Assembly: GCA_030145325.1 (NCBI GenBank)
Contig: JAQYVW010000009.1
Span: 473-64,472, forward strand
Direction of reading: 5' to 3'
DNA: 64,000 nucleotides
Source: Desulfurivibrionaceae bacterium
GTDB lineage: Bacteria; Desulfobacterota; Desulfobulbia; Desulfobulbales; UBA5123
Notes under the pieces: model-generated
Databases searched by the model: none
The model's input: the letters and a program-made list of their open reading frames with translations, nothing else
Told to the model about the DNA's origin: nothing
In this document: positions 1 through 10,173 of the stretch, one piece after another
Position numbering within the stretch: the first letter of the stretch is position 1
Layout of the letters: every line of letters begins with the position of its first letter
Position numbers and translations under genes: made by a program

Positions 1-395
1 TGCGAACCATCAGCAACAATGGCGGCAACGCGATCCTTCTGCATCCAGTCCATCATTCCCCGCATGGCCTTCACCCCGCCCTTCCCCCGCGACCCCCTGA
101 CAATGGCGCAGCCACGACGAGCAAGCAACCGGGCCACGTATTCGGCATCAGCACTGCCGCTGACCATGGCCACCCATTTCCTCCCGCCACGACGTTGCAT
201 CTCGATGATGCAGAATACCGAGTAATGCCAGAAGGCAGCAATAAATCCTTTCCCGGCCTGATCACATTGTTGCTGATACTCGCGGCCATGGGTCGTCACC
301 CGACAGGTGCCGAAAAGTACCCTACTAAGAAGCTCAAACAGTAAAGGGACGATACGCAACGACAACTGATACCCAAAACCTTTCTTCACAGCCAT
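1..395 (-). CDS. DUF374 / lysophospholipid-acyltransferase-like protein (3' end cut by window edge)
   Basis: Absent from the ORF track because it runs off the window. My minus-strand translation from the ATG at 395-393 reads [40 protein letters not shown]...[79 protein letters not shown]. The WH...MVS.S.D.E....G...VRGS..KGG pattern is typical of DUF374. The ATG overlaps the uvrB stop (ATGGCTGTGA). Confidence 0.7.
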   Translation of the reverse strand, partial: MAVKKGFGYQLSLRIVPLLFELLSRVLFGTCRVTTHGREYQQQCDQAGKGFIAAFWHYSVFCIIEMQRRGGRKWVAMVSGSADAEYVARLLARRGCAIVRGSRGKGGVKAMRGMMDWMQKDRVAAIVADGS

Positions 396-2377
396 GCCAG
401 TTCCCGCTCCCGTAATTCCTTGATCCGATCCCGCAACCGGGCCGCCTCCTCAAACTCCAGCTCCTTGGCCGCCGCCTGCATCTCCTTGTCAAACCGCTTA
501 ATATCATTTCGCAAGTCAGCCAGATTTTCATAGACCAACTCATCCTCGGCGGCCTCGGCCTCAACGGTGACATAATCCTGCTCGTAGACGGTCTCCATGA
601 GATCCTTGATCCGCGACTTGATGGTTTCCGGCCTGATCCCATGCTCATCATTATAGGCAGCCTGAATCTTGCGCCGCCGTTCAGTCTCCTCAATGGTCTT
701 ACCCATGGCATCAGTGACCCGGTCACCGTAGAGGATCACCTTTCCGCCCACATTCCGGGCTGCGCGACCGCAAGTTTGGATCAATGACCGCTCACTACGC
801 AAAAAACCCTCCTTGTCAGCATCAAGAATCGCCACCAAGGACACCTCCGGGATATCCAGCCCTTCCCGAAGGAGATTGATCCCCACCAAAACATTATATT
901 CACCGCGCCTAAGATCGCGGATTAACTCCATCCGTTGCAGGGTTTTGATGTCCGAGTGCAGATAACGCACCGCCACCTGCAATTTCCCATAATACTCGGT
1001 TAGATCTTCGGCCATCCGCTTGGTCAGGGTGGTGATCAACACCGCCTCACGCCGTTCCGTGCGCAGCCGAACCTCTTCCAGCAGATCATCCACCTGATTG
1101 GTGGCCGGACGGACCTCGATCTCTGGATCCATTAAACCGGTGGGGCGAATAATCTGGTCGACGATTCGTCCCTGCGCCCGCTCAAGCTCAAAATTACCGG
1201 GAGTGGCAGAGACAAAGATAGTCTGGCCAATTCGCGCCTCAAATTCCTCAAAACGGAGGGGCCGATTATCCAGAGCCGACGGCAAGCGAAAACCGAATTC
1301 CACCAAAGTCTTCTTGCGGGAGCGATCTCCTTTATACATGCCGCCAATCTGCGGCACGGTAACATGGCTCTCATCGATGACCAGCAAAAAATCATCCGGG
1401 AAATAATCCAACAAGGTCGGCGGCGGCTCACCCACCTTACGACCGGTAAGATGACGACTATAGTTTTCTATCCCGTGACAGTAGCCGAGCTCAGCCAGCA
1501 TCTCCAAATCAAACTCCACCCGCTGCTCCAACCGCTGCACTTCGAGCAACCTGTTGCCAGCCTGAAATTCCGTCAGCCGCTCCTTTAATTCTTCCTTGAT
1601 GGTGGCCGAGGCGATTTGCAGCCGTTCCTTAGAGGTGACAAAATGGCTACCAGGGAAAACGGTTATTTCATCCATCTCCTCAAGCACCACCCCGCGCAAG
1701 GGATCGACAATCCGGATGGCATCGATGGTATCACCAAACAATTCCACCCGCACCGCATGTTCCTCTTCATAGGCTGGAAAAATCTCCAAGACATCGCCCC
1801 GCACTCTGAAAACGCCGCGATGAAAAGAAACATCGTTCCGTTCGTAAAGCATATAAACCAAACGGCGGGTCATCTCCTCCAGAGGAAACTCTTCCCCCAC
1901 CTTGAGGAGGAGATGCATGTTTTTGTATTCGTCCGGCGAGCCCAGGCCGTAGATACAGGAAACACTGGCAACAATGATCACATCCCGACGGGTGAGCAGC
2001 GAGCGGGTGGCGGAATGACGCATCTTGTCGATGGCATCGTTAATGGCCGAATCTTTTTCGATATAGGTGTCACTCTGGGGGATATATGCTTCCGGCTGAT
2101 AATAATCGTAATAACTGACGAAGTATTCCACTGCGTTATCAGGAAAAAGATCCTTAAACTCACCATACAACTGAGCAGCCAAGGTCTTGTTGGGAGCGAT
2201 CACCAATGTGGGGCGGGAAGCTCGCGCCACCACCTGCGCAACAGTGAAGGTTTTACCGGAACCGGTTACCCCCAACAGTACCTGATCCCTGACCCCCTCG
2301 GCAACACCGCGACTTAGAGTGTCGATGGCGTGGGGCTGATCACCGGCGGGAGAGAATGGAGAATCAAGTCGAAACAT
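386..2377 (-). CDS. uvrB: Excinuclease ABC subunit B
   Basis: The 663-aa ORF has a Walker A motif ([10 protein letters not shown]), helicase motifs and a C-terminal UVR coiled-coil ([16 protein letters not shown]). It is full length for UvrB. Confidence 0.97.
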   Translation of the reverse strand: MFRLDSPFSPAGDQPHAIDTLSRGVAEGVRDQVLLGVTGSGKTFTVAQVVARASRPTLVIAPNKTLAAQLYGEFKDLFPDNAVEYFVSYYDYYQPEAYIPQSDTYIEKDSAINDAIDKMRHSATRSLLTRRDVIIVASVSCIYGLGSPDEYKNMHLLLKVGEEFPLEEMTRRLVYMLYERNDVSFHRGVFRVRGDVLEIFPAYEEEHAVRVELFGDTIDAIRIVDPLRGVVLEEMDEITVFPGSHFVTSKERLQIASATIKEELKERLTEFQAGNRLLEVQRLEQRVEFDLEMLAELGYCHGIENYSRHLTGRKVGEPPPTLLDYFPDDFLLVIDESHVTVPQIGGMYKGDRSRKKTLVEFGFRLPSALDNRPLRFEEFEARIGQTIFVSATPGNFELERAQGRIVDQIIRPTGLMDPEIEVRPATNQVDDLLEEVRLRTERREAVLITTLTKRMAEDLTEYYGKLQVAVRYLHSDIKTLQRMELIRDLRRGEYNVLVGINLLREGLDIPEVSLVAILDADKEGFLRSERSLIQTCGRAARNVGGKVILYGDRVTDAMGKTIEETERRRKIQAAYNDEHGIRPETIKSRIKDLMETVYEQDYVTVEAEAAEDELVYENLADLRNDIKRFDKEMQAAAKELEFEEAARLRDRIKELRERELAWL

Positions 2378-2383
2378 TAGCGG

Positions 2384-3433
2384 CTACCCTTGATGAGCGA
2401 CAAGGTCAGGGGCGAAATGGTCATATCCTTGATAGCTGATATCCAGCCGCTGGCTGCCGTCACAAAGGGTAACGCCATCACCTTCGACAATCCGCCCCAC
2501 GCAATAGATATCACGACCAAGTTCCTTGTTTACCAACGCTTCTAAGGCCAACGTGGCCTCCTCTGGGGCGGTAAAAAGCAGGCGGTAATCCTCACCGCCC
2601 CGCAACGCCCAATCCAAGGCAGCACATTGATAGCGAACCGCTGCCGCCCGCAACAGTGAAGACAATGGCAACTGTTCGGCCACCACCTCCGCTCCCACCC
2701 CGCTAGCGGCGCAGAGATGAGCAAGATCAGTGGCAAGACCGTCGGAAAGATCCATCATCGCATGCACATAGCCGCTGGCCGCAAGTATCGGCCCCAACAG
2801 CAGTTCCGCTTCCGGATCAAGATGGGCCTTGAGCAATTGCTGCCAAGCGGGATCATCAACATCCTTGCCATCCTTACACAAAGCAAGCCCTGCCGCCGCC
2901 TCGCCCAAAGAGCCACTAACCCAGATCAAATCACCATCTTGAGCCCCGGCACGATAACAAACCTGATCCTTGGCAACCTCGCCGCCAACGGTTATCGACA
3001 GCATCAGCTGCCCCCCGCTCTGCACGGTATCACCGCCAACCAGAACAACCTGGGCCTCAGCAAGGGCGGCCAGAAACCCGGCCATAAATCCATCCAGCAA
3101 CGCGGGAGGAAGAGAGGCCGGAACCCCCAGCGACAGAAGAGCGAAACTGGGTGTCGCGCCCATGGCCGCAATATCGCTTAAGTTGACTGCCGCCGCCTTC
3201 CTGCCCAACAACTGGGCAGGATGCCAGCCAAGGTCGAAATGCACCCCCTCCATCAAGGTATCAACGGTGAGAACCTGTAGCAGCTCACCGTCCTGCCGGA
3301 GGACAGCACAATCATCGCCAATCCCTTTCAGTACTCTACCGCCATCTCCCGGCAACTGCGCCCTAATCCCACTGATAATATCCCGCTCACTTCGCGTCCG
3401 AGACATAATCTTATCGTCCCCAACCAAGGCCAA
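2384..3433 (-). CDS. thiL: Thiamine-monophosphate kinase
   Basis: The ORF has an AIR-synthase-like fold signature (GIGDDCAVL, DTLMEGVHF, MDLSDGLATDL). The true start may be an internal Met a few codons in. Confidence 0.85.
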   Translation of the reverse strand: MALVGDDKIMSRTRSERDIISGIRAQLPGDGGRVLKGIGDDCAVLRQDGELLQVLTVDTLMEGVHFDLGWHPAQLLGRKAAAVNLSDIAAMGATPSFALLSLGVPASLPPALLDGFMAGFLAALAEAQVVLVGGDTVQSGGQLMLSITVGGEVAKDQVCYRAGAQDGDLIWVSGSLGEAAAGLALCKDGKDVDDPAWQQLLKAHLDPEAELLLGPILAASGYVHAMMDLSDGLATDLAHLCAASGVGAEVVAEQLPLSSLLRAAAVRYQCAALDWALRGGEDYRLLFTAPEEATLALEALVNKELGRDIYCVGRIVEGDGVTLCDGSQRLDISYQGYDHFAPDLVAHQG

Positions 3434-3566
3434 GGCCCATGTTTACAACAACCTTAAAAACCACCACCGCCCCGGTAAATCGTTCCATCACAGAATATTT
3501 CCTTAAGTTTTAAGATTAATTGTCGATACGTATAGCAACAGAGCAATACAAACCAAGGATAAAAAA

Positions 3567-3740
3567 ATGACCACCATCTGCTGCAAATGCTTAAAAACAA
3601 AAACCGATAACGGCTGGACAAAGACTGATTCCAGAGATGCCAACATACTCTCACACGGTTACTGCCCCGCCTGCTACCAGGAAACAATCAAAAAAATCCA
3701 GAATTATCGCCAGCAACCCTCAGAGCACACCAGCCCCTAA
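3567..3740 (+). CDS. Small (57 aa) CxxC...CxxC zinc-ribbon-like protein, function unknown
   Basis: It falls below the ORF-track size cutoff. My translation is MTTICCKCLKTKTDNGWTKTDSRDANILSHGYCPACYQETIKKIQNYRQQPSEHTSP. An AAGGA Shine-Dalgarno sits about 8 nt upstream of the ATG. It lies in an otherwise empty gap between thiL and a hypothetical gene. Confidence 0.45.
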   Translation: MTTICCKCLKTKTDNGWTKTDSRDANILSHGYCPACYQETIKKIQNYRQQPSEHTSP

Positions 3741-3754
3741 CCCCATTGCCCTGT

Positions 3755-4129
3755 TTACTTCACCAGCCGCAACCCCGGCTTTTTAACTCCCCCCGCAGAT
3801 CCAGCCCCACCTTGATCATCATTATCCAAACTAAACTTAACCGCCTGCATAAATTTCTTTTTCCCAGCCATGGTGAAAATCTCCTGCCCTGAAAACTGGG
3901 TGGTACGCAAAGTCCATACAGTCTGTTGTGGCGGCAGGGTCAAGAACTGTAGCGAGAGATGCCACCACTCGTCCTTCTTGCTTCGATCCCTTTCAATCCC
4001 CATAACCAGGGCGTACAGAATCATTTGCGGCTCCTCAGCAACCACCACCACGATATCCCCAACCTCAGTGGTTTCCTTAAAGGTAAAAATACTCTTTAAT
4101 TCCTCAACTATTTTTTCCATCCCATCCAT
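3755..4129 (-). CDS. Hypothetical protein (124 aa)
   Basis: This is the only long ORF filling the gap, and it is divergent from the ECF sigma operon. I recognise no family for it. It has a Gly-rich basic C-terminal tail. Confidence 0.45.
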   Translation of the reverse strand: MDGMEKIVEELKSIFTFKETTEVGDIVVVVAEEPQMILYALVMGIERDRSKKDEWWHLSLQFLTLPPQQTVWTLRTTQFSGQEIFTMAGKKKFMQAVKFSLDNDDQGGAGSAGGVKKPGLRLVK

Positions 4130-4281
4130 CCTGCGGCTTTCCTGTTGTTCTCTGGCCCGCTTTTGTGTTTAACTCCTAAAATTATTCTCAACATCGACCT
4201 AAAATCGGCATAAGCGCCAACTGGATATCATCTCCATAAAGGTGATTTTCGTTAACAGATAGTCAAAAAAAAATGTCCTAT

Positions 4282-4310
4282 GGAACTTTTCACTCTAACT
4301 GCGTGTCTAA
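4282..4310 (+). promoter_or_regulatory. Putative ECF-sigma (RpoE-type) autoregulated promoter
   Basis: GGAACTT (4282-4288), a 17-nt spacer, then TCTAA (4306-4310) matches the classic AAC / TCT ECF architecture. It lies directly upstream of the ECF sigma gene and inside the N-terminal extension given by the ORF track. Confidence 0.5.
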
Positions 4311-4348
4311 TGGTCATAGTCGTTCTCTTGAACAACTCACCAGGGCAC

Positions 4349-4930
4349 ATGCAACAAAACGGTGATACCTTTGCCAAAACCACCGAACTGGTTCTGGCTT
4401 GTCAGGCTGGAGACAAACAGGCCTTTAATCGTCTGGTTTTACTGTATCAGACAAGAATTTACAATCTAGCCCTCAACTATGTCAAAACCCCTGAAGAGGC
4501 AAAGGATCTTGCTCAGGATATATTCGTCACTGCTTACAGATCGCTGCCAAGCCTCAGGGAGGCCACAAAATTTTCCGCCTGGCTGAATCAGTTAACGATC
4601 AACCACTGTCGCAACCGTTACCGAAAACTACAACGACGCGGATATTTCACCTCAACCTCAACAGATGATATTGTTGTTCCGGCCCTTCTCTCCACAGACA
4701 CCCCGGAAGGTAATCTGGAACGAGATGAACGGATTAGTTTGGTACGAACCGCCATCGCCGCTCTGCCGGAAGCGGAAAAAGAAATTATCATCCTGCGAGA
4801 TTTGCAGGATTTATCCTACGAAGAAATCAGCGCGACCCTGGAGCTGCCGCTGGGGACAGTTAAATCAAAATTGAACCGAGCGCGGCATACCTTGAAAAAT
4901 AAAATAAAACATCTTCTTAGCACGCCATGA
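4349..4930 (+). CDS. ECF-family RNA polymerase sigma factor (sigma-24/RpoE-like)
   Basis: Sigma-70 region 2 (YNLALNYVKTPEEAKDLAQDIFV) and region 4 (ILRDLQDLSYEEISATLELPLGTVKSKLNRAR) are present. I moved the start from 4280 to the ATG at 4349 because the 4280 ATG sits inside the putative promoter and adds a hydrophobic, non-sigma N-terminus. Confidence 0.85.
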   Translation: MQQNGDTFAKTTELVLACQAGDKQAFNRLVLLYQTRIYNLALNYVKTPEEAKDLAQDIFVTAYRSLPSLREATKFSAWLNQLTINHCRNRYRKLQRRGYFTSTSTDDIVVPALLSTDTPEGNLERDERISLVRTAIAALPEAEKEIIILRDLQDLSYEEISATLELPLGTVKSKLNRARHTLKNKIKHLLSTP

Positions 4931-5712
4931 GTGAACCTATGAATTGCACCTCCGCTCAAGACATGTTTTCTGACCTGGCAGACGATGAACTTGCCGCCGT
5001 TGATGTAGTCCGCATTGAAGAGCACCTGGCAACCTGCCGCCAATGCGCACAGGAATGGGGATATTTCAAGAAAAGCCTTGCCTGGCTGCAAGAAGTTCAA
5101 CCCGTTGCTCCCCCCGCCGATTTCCTCATCGGCATCAATGCCAAACTTGATCGTGAGTTTCCCATCACCACCTGGCTACGAGATCTCTTCGGCTCGCCGT
5201 TACGCACCTTATCATCCCTGACGGTCGTCGGCCTGGCCCTCTTCTTCTTAATTGCCAACGACAACGCCAACCCGCCCCCCCTTGGCCACATGGCTGACAC
5301 AGGTTCCTTCACCCATAGCCAGTCTGCGACGAATCAACCCACCCGGCTTCTCTCCAGGCAGCTAAAAACCATCCCAGCCATTAGCCACACCTCGGCAACT
5401 TGGTCAAATAATGTCCAAGCAAATCCATACCGCCTTGCCCCATTGCCGACCTTCACTCCCGACATCGCCATAACCGTGCATGCCCCTTCGGCGGAAACAC
5501 GCAACCTCCTTTACCAACGACTTGTTTCGCAAAAACACTGGCGCGTTCATCCGGTCAGGAACGGCACCCTCCTAATCTATCTCAACGAACGGGAGATCCC
5601 CCACCTGCGGCACACGTTGGCTCCACACCGCTTAACCATGACCCCGAAAACTTCTTTACGCGCGCAAGCAGGACAATTACGATCGGTCAGCCTTAACATC
5701 GAAACACAGTGA
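4927..5712 (+). CDS. Anti-sigma factor, zf-HC2 (ZAS) type, single-pass membrane
   Basis: The ORF overlaps the sigma gene stop by 4 nt. It has the N-terminal H-x3-C-x2-C motif (EEHLATCRQCAQEW) and a transmembrane segment (LSSLTVVGLALFFLIA). Confidence 0.8.
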   Translation: MSEPMNCTSAQDMFSDLADDELAAVDVVRIEEHLATCRQCAQEWGYFKKSLAWLQEVQPVAPPADFLIGINAKLDREFPITTWLRDLFGSPLRTLSSLTVVGLALFFLIANDNANPPPLGHMADTGSFTHSQSATNQPTRLLSRQLKTIPAISHTSATWSNNVQANPYRLAPLPTFTPDIAITVHAPSAETRNLLYQRLVSQKHWRVHPVRNGTLLIYLNEREIPHLRHTLAPHRLTMTPKTSLRAQAGQLRSVSLNIETQ

Positions 5713-5966
5713 TCAAGCCAAAAGAGTTCGCCGTCAATTCTTTCCAGGAACTTTTTCCCAACCACCACTGTCCAACTTAACAAACCAGAGTGAAGAACAG
5801 AATTTCATCAGCAATGGTCGCTTCGCACAAAGCTCCCTTGACATTCATAACCTTACTCCGGCAATATGGGGTTTCGCCTTTGCGACTTCTCTCAGTCAGG
5901 AAGCACCCTCACAAGGTGCTTCAACAAAAGAAACTTACTCCGGATAAAATACCGCAAGGAGACATC

Positions 5967-7415
5967 ATGATTTCTCAGCACCAATATCGCCGATTTCCCG
6001 CTCCGGTCGCACTGTTTTCCATGGCAATCCTCTCGATCTTCCTTTTTTCCGGCTTTGCCTGGGCAAGTACCCCACCAAGCTTTGCCGACCTGGCCGAAAA
6101 TCTCGGCCCCACCGTGGTCAACATCTACACAACCCAAACCGTAAAAGCTCGGTCCCCACATGGCAATCAATTCGGCAACGGCAAGGAAATACCGGAACAG
6201 TTCCGCCGCTTCTTCGGGATTCCTGAGGGGAACGCTCCTCACGGCCAAACCCAACCGCAACGGAAGATGAAACGAACCAGCCTCGGTTCTGGAGTTATTA
6301 TCTCCAAGGATGGTTTTATTGTTACCAACAATCATGTGGTGGAGAATGCCGACGAGATCAAGATACGCCTCACCAATCTCGAGGAATACGACGCCAAACT
6401 CATTGGTCGTGACCCCAAAACAGATCTGGCTTTGATCAAAATTGAGCCTAAAAACGATTTACCAGTGGCAAAATTCGGAGATTCTGAAAAATTACGGGTA
6501 GGTGACTGGGTACTAGCCATTGGTAACCCCTTCGGCCTGGAACAAACGGTCACCGCTGGCATTGTCAGCGCCAAGGGCCGCACCCTGGGCACCACTCCCT
6601 ATGAAAACTTTATCCAAACCGATGCCTCCATCAACCCCGGCAATTCCGGTGGCCCTCTCTTCGACCTGAAAGGCAGGATGGTGGGAATCAACACCGCTAT
6701 TTACAGTCGGGGCGGCGGCAACATTGGCATCGGCTTCGCCATCCCGGTCAAAATGGCTAAGAACGTCATCAACCAATTAAAGGAACATGGCACAGTGGTT
6801 CGCGGCTGGCTGGGAGTAATGATCCAACAGGTTACCCCGGAACTGGCAAAACAGTTCAACCTGGAGCACCCCATTGGCGCCCTAGTTGGTGAAGTTGCGC
6901 CGGATAGCCCGGCTGACAAGGGCGGCATCAAGGACGGAGATGTCATCATTGCCTTTCAAGACCATGAGATAACCCAGATGAGCATGCTGCCATCAATGGT
7001 CGCCCAGACCCCTGTTGGCACTGAGGCTAAAGTCACTGTTGTCCGGCAAGGAAAGAAGAAAAACCTTACCATCAAGATCGCTAAACTCCAGGAAGAGGCG
7101 GTGGCGGCAAATCAATCCGGCACCGACGCCGGTCGCGAACTTGGCCTCACCGCGCAGGAACTCACTCCCGAACTGGCCAAGTCCCTTGACCTTGAAGACG
7201 AAAAGGGCGTTATCGTCGCCGATGTCGAGCCAGGTAGCCCTGCCGCCGAAACAGGCATCCATCGTGGCGACCTGATTCTTGAGATCAACCGGAATCAAAT
7301 TAAAGAAATTAAGGATTATTCGTCTGCCCTAAAAAAGAGTAAAAAAGGGGATTCCATCCTCCTCTGGATCAAACGCGGCGATCATAAACGGTTTGTGGTC
7401 ATCTCCGGCGAATAA
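5967..7415 (+). CDS. htrA: Periplasmic serine endoprotease DegP/DegQ/HtrA with two PDZ domains
   Basis: Trypsin-like motifs are present (TNNHVV, DLALIKI, GNSGGPLF) along with two PDZ regions. I set the start at the ATG at 5967, which has an AAGGAG Shine-Dalgarno and yields a signal peptide (...LFSGFAWAS). The ORF-track start at 5790 adds 59 unlikely residues. Confidence 0.9.
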   Translation: MISQHQYRRFPAPVALFSMAILSIFLFSGFAWASTPPSFADLAENLGPTVVNIYTTQTVKARSPHGNQFGNGKEIPEQFRRFFGIPEGNAPHGQTQPQRKMKRTSLGSGVIISKDGFIVTNNHVVENADEIKIRLTNLEEYDAKLIGRDPKTDLALIKIEPKNDLPVAKFGDSEKLRVGDWVLAIGNPFGLEQTVTAGIVSAKGRTLGTTPYENFIQTDASINPGNSGGPLFDLKGRMVGINTAIYSRGGGNIGIGFAIPVKMAKNVINQLKEHGTVVRGWLGVMIQQVTPELAKQFNLEHPIGALVGEVAPDSPADKGGIKDGDVIIAFQDHEITQMSMLPSMVAQTPVGTEAKVTVVRQGKKKNLTIKIAKLQEEAVAANQSGTDAGRELGLTAQELTPELAKSLDLEDEKGVIVADVEPGSPAAETGIHRGDLILEINRNQIKEIKDYSSALKKSKKGDSILLWIKRGDHKRFVVISGE

Positions 7416-7438
7416 ACTGCCCCCTAGCTTGTGAGGCT

Positions 7439-7484
7439 GGCCTACAATTATATTCTCAACAGAAAAGTCTTATAATTGTAGGCC
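7439..7484 (+). terminator. Perfect 14-bp inverted repeat hairpin downstream of htrA
   Basis: GGCCTACAATTATA (7439-7452) pairs with TATAATTGTAGGCC (7471-7484) across an 18-nt loop. There is no clear U-run afterwards, so it could be a terminator, an RNA-stability hairpin or an operator. Confidence 0.35.
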
Positions 7485-7546
7485 GATTCACTACTTGTTA
7501 TAGATTTTGCATTCACTGACAGCCCCTTGACGAGAAAAGGATCACC

Positions 7547-8305
7547 ATGTCTACGACACGACAGTGGCATACATCATTAATCCGCGCCCTAATCGTAATC
7601 CTGCTAGCCTACTCCTTGGCAGGTTGCACCTACCGGGATCGAGTTGCCCCCATCTCCCTACCAGGCAACAGCAACAACAGTATAACCGTTGGCGACGGCC
7701 TGAAAATTTCAGGCTATGCCATCACCGACCCCGAAGAGGCAAAAAAATACTTGGGTTTTAACGCTTTAAAAGCTGGTCTCCTGGCAGTGAGAGTAACTTT
7801 CCAGAATGATGGCAGCCAAATTGCGACCATCAACCCCGACCAGACCTTTCTCATCGACAGCGACAACAATGCCTGGCCCTTACTGAACCAACGACAAGCT
7901 ACGGAACGAGCTGAAAAACATGTTGATATCGGGGAAACGGTCAAGGGCAGCGCCAAACCGGCCTTCCTGCTCGGCGCGGCCGGAGCGGTAGCCGGAGCGG
8001 CCATTGCCATCGTCACCGGCGAAGACGTCGCCGAAGCAATGGGCAAGGGCGCGGCAATGGGTGCCGCTGGTGGCGTTCTCATGGGCGGGACCGCAGCCTA
8101 TTCAGACACCCACGACAAGGTAAAAAAAGGGATGGCCGACAAGGGGCTACCAAACGGGGCAATTATGCCGGGAGAAATTGCCTACGGATTCTTATTTTTC
8201 CCAGGGACACCGGGGGATGAAGCAAAAGATGCCGCAGAATTACGCCTCAGCCTTCACTTAGGAGAATACGCCCAGCCAGAGATCATCAAACTTGATCTCA
8301 GGTAA
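7547..8305 (+). CDS. Lipoprotein with glycine-zipper region, function unknown
   Basis: It has a signal peptide with a lipobox (LLAYSLAGC) and a Gly/Ala zipper (GAAGAVAGAAIAIVTG...GAAMGAAGGVLMGG). Confidence 0.65.
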   Translation: MSTTRQWHTSLIRALIVILLAYSLAGCTYRDRVAPISLPGNSNNSITVGDGLKISGYAITDPEEAKKYLGFNALKAGLLAVRVTFQNDGSQIATINPDQTFLIDSDNNAWPLLNQRQATERAEKHVDIGETVKGSAKPAFLLGAAGAVAGAAIAIVTGEDVAEAMGKGAAMGAAGGVLMGGTAAYSDTHDKVKKGMADKGLPNGAIMPGEIAYGFLFFPGTPGDEAKDAAELRLSLHLGEYAQPEIIKLDLR

Positions 8306-8332
8306 AAAGAACAAGCTCACATTTTCCGGTCG

Positions 8333-8379
8333 GACTTCTTAAGACACGCCCAAGAGCGTGCCTTAAGAGGTCTTTTTTT
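8333..8379 (+). terminator. Rho-independent terminator
   Basis: A long stem (GACTTCTTAAGACACGC ... GCGTGCCTTAAGAGGTC) is followed by a T7 run at 8373-8379, just after the lipoprotein gene. Confidence 0.7.
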
Positions 8380-8598
8380 ACCGGTAGCCTTTTTTCATCC
8401 GTCTTTCCTCGGTTACTAGAGCTTTTTCCCCTACTCAACAAAGCAATTCCCGCAGAACACCTAAGCCATCCCCCACTCACTAAAGTCCACCGCATTTCTA
8501 GCCAATGGTCTAGGTACAGATACGTTGCCATGCATTAGAAAGGTGGCGTCCTAACACCCTTTAGGTTAAAATAGAATATTTCTCATTAGGAGTATTCC

Positions 8599-10128
8599 AT
8601 GCTCGCAAAAGTTATAAGCAGCGCGGTGGTCGGCGTTGACGGTTTGCTCATCGAGGTTGAAACCGACATCGCCTTCGGCTTGCCCACCTTCATGACCGTT
8701 GGCTTACCGGAAGGAGCAGTACGGGAAAGCAAGGATCGGGTCAAGGCGGCAATCAAAAACAGTGGCTATGAATTCCCCAACCGGCGCATCACCGTCAATC
8801 TGGCTCCAGCCGATGTAAAAAAAGCAGGTACCGGTTACGATCTTCCCATGGCCCTTGGCATTCTCGCGGCCTCGGAAACCCTCATCAGCGACAAACTCTC
8901 CCGTTACGCAGCCATCGGCGAACTTTCATTGGACGGTTCACTACGCCCAGCCCAAGGCATTCTCCCCATGGCCCTAGCTGTACGTGACGCCGGGCTGGCT
9001 GGACTGTTGGTACCAAGCGCCAATGCTGCCGAAGCAGCGGTGGTCAAAGGCATCGACACCATCTGTGTTGAAACCCTGGCTCAGGCCGTGGAATTTCTTG
9101 CCGGCAAACGCAACGTCGAACCCACAGTTGTTGACCTCAACCGCATCTTTATCGACAATACCAACCATGGCGTTGATTTTGCCGAGGTCAAGGGACAAGA
9201 ACACGTCAAACGGGCCCTTGAAATTGCTGCCGCCGGAGGCCATAACGTGCTGATGAAGGGACCTCCCGGCTCCGGTAAAACCATGATCGCCCGTCGGTTG
9301 CCAACCATTCTGCCCGACCTCACCTTTGAGGAGTCGCTGGAAACCACCAAGATCTATAGTATCATCGGTTTACTGCCTGAGAATAAGGGTTTGCTGACCA
9401 TTCGCCCCTTTAAATCTCCCCACCATACCATTTCCGACGCCGGACTCATCGGCGGTGGCCAAATCCCCCGCCCCGGTGAGGTTTCTCTGGCCCATAACGG
9501 GGTTCTTTTCCTTGATGAACTGCCGGAATTCAAGAAGAATGTGTTAGAAGTGCTGCGCCAGCCCCTAGAAGATGGCAGGGTGACCATCGCTCGCGCCGCC
9601 TCGTCGTTAAGCTTTCCGGCCCGCTTCATCATGGTTGCCGCCATGAACCCGTGCCCATGTGGTTATCTCGGCGACCCGCAACACGACTGTCACTGCTCAC
9701 CGCCGCAAATCCGCCGCTACGAAAACAAGATTTCCGGGCCACTGCTGGATCGCATCGATCTACACATCGAAGTCCCGGCGGTGCCGGTGCGCGATCTCAC
9801 TGAACATCGCGACGGCGAACCTTCAACCTTGATCAAGGAACGGGTTAATCGGGCCCGGAATATTCAAAAATCTCGCTACCACCGCCATAAACACATCCAC
9901 TGTAACGGGCAAATGGGCGCCAAGGAAATTAATAAATATTGTGTACTTGACACCCCATCCCTTACTTTGCTAGAAACGGCTGTGGAACGACTGGGCCTTT
10001 CTGCCCGCGCTTATCACCGCATCCTCAAGATCAGCCGCACTATCGCCGATCTTGATGGCAACGATCAAATCCACGCCGAGCACCTGGCCGAGGCGATCCA
10101 ATACCGCCGCCTTGAACAAAAACAATAA
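8599..10128 (+). CDS. comM: Mg-chelatase-like AAA+ protein YifB/ComM
   Basis: It has an N-terminal Lon-like domain, a Walker A motif (GPPGSGKTM), the characteristic MNPCPCGY..C.C motif, and a C-terminal Mg-chelatase subunit ChlI-like region. Confidence 0.9.
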   Translation: MLAKVISSAVVGVDGLLIEVETDIAFGLPTFMTVGLPEGAVRESKDRVKAAIKNSGYEFPNRRITVNLAPADVKKAGTGYDLPMALGILAASETLISDKLSRYAAIGELSLDGSLRPAQGILPMALAVRDAGLAGLLVPSANAAEAAVVKGIDTICVETLAQAVEFLAGKRNVEPTVVDLNRIFIDNTNHGVDFAEVKGQEHVKRALEIAAAGGHNVLMKGPPGSGKTMIARRLPTILPDLTFEESLETTKIYSIIGLLPENKGLLTIRPFKSPHHTISDAGLIGGGQIPRPGEVSLAHNGVLFLDELPEFKKNVLEVLRQPLEDGRVTIARAASSLSFPARFIMVAAMNPCPCGYLGDPQHDCHCSPPQIRRYENKISGPLLDRIDLHIEVPAVPVRDLTEHRDGEPSTLIKERVNRARNIQKSRYHRHKHIHCNGQMGAKEINKYCVLDTPSLTLLETAVERLGLSARAYHRILKISRTIADLDGNDQIHAEHLAEAIQYRRLEQKQ

Positions 10129-10173
10129 AAATAATTAGAGCCTCACCGCTCTATTTTTGGGTATTGTACAATA

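Noticed and set aside
1616-2317. 233-aa + strand ORF inside uvrB
   Set aside because: It is entirely antisense to a confidently identified uvrB. The translation has no recognisable motifs and looks like a shadow frame.
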